A DNA stretch of 19,285 nt from Oopsacas minuta (Eukaryota > Animalia > Porifera). The DNA lies in the NCBI GenBank assembly GCA_024704765.1, contig JAKMXF010000123.1:1-19285 (forward strand), written 5' to 3'. The translations under genes and the position numbers were made by a program. The notes under the pieces are model-generated. The model did no database searches. It was not told the origin of the DNA and saw only the letters and a list, made by a program, of their open reading frames with translations. Below, in pieces: positions 18,995 through 19,285 of the stretch; position 1 is the stretch's first letter, and the number at the start of each line of letters is the position of its first letter.

Positions 18995-19285
18995 GGCGCA
19001 GCTATAGCTAACGCAGTACTGCAAGATTATGGTATTATCACACCGGAAGAAGATAGTAAAATTATTGATAGAAACAAACTCCGTAGATCCAGATTCTCTG
19101 TGAGAAAGGAATTGGCTAATGAGGCTCACGAAACTATCAATGATATATCTGCAATATATTTTGATGGCCGTAAAGATCAAACTCGAGTACTGGTAGAAAG
19201 AGAAGATGGACATTTGCACAAGGATACTGCAAATAAAGAACATTATACTGTCTTATCTGAACCGGGGAATCAGTATGTTGCCCAT
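18995..19285 (+). mobile_element. Transposase-like coding fragment (hAT-related; possibly the hATm group), running off the window
   Basis: GAAIANAVLQDYGII...IIDRNKLRRSR...IYFDGRKDQT...KEHYTVLSEPGNQYVAH. I recognise this motif series from a widespread invertebrate transposase-like family; the family name is from memory and not verified. Confidence 0.7.

Noticed and set aside
1-19285. tRNA, rRNA, snRNA, prokaryotic operon or defence system
   Set aside because: No cloverleaf or rRNA-like segments and no operon structure were seen; a covariance-model search (Infernal/Rfam) would be needed to exclude small RNAs formally.

Overview
AT-rich eukaryotic (animal) nuclear DNA, not prokaryotic: it has GT-AG introns, an adhesion/secretin-family GPCR and cut-and-paste DNA transposons. 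The compact MATA...LQIF NHL genes resemble the expanded NHL family I recall from sponges such as the glass sponge Oopsacas; this is an unverified recollection. The window is a transposon-dense accessory region. It holds (i) three intact intronless NHL-repeat beta-propeller genes (1757-2647 -, 8773-10008 -, 11425-12336 +) sharing ~225 bp 3' flanks, plus a fourth remnant (15048-15191 -); (ii) a dead, intron-containing Mutator/FAR1-type transposase (4916-7537) with a MITE nested in its intron; (iii) hAT-superfamily remnants, including a complete 693-bp non-autonomous hAT element with TIRs and an 8-bp TSD, and an inverted partial copy of it ~10 kb away; (iv) several MITEs; (v) a disabled adhesion-GPCR 7TM region whose TM7 runs in frame into a transposase-like sequence not shown in the ORF track. 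I cannot demonstrate a new system from sequence alone. The best candidates are the NHL cluster (two different in-frame losses of the N-terminal helical region, substitutions clustered in blade 1, mosaic paralogs) and the GPCR-transposase chimera. All alignments and counts were done by eye.
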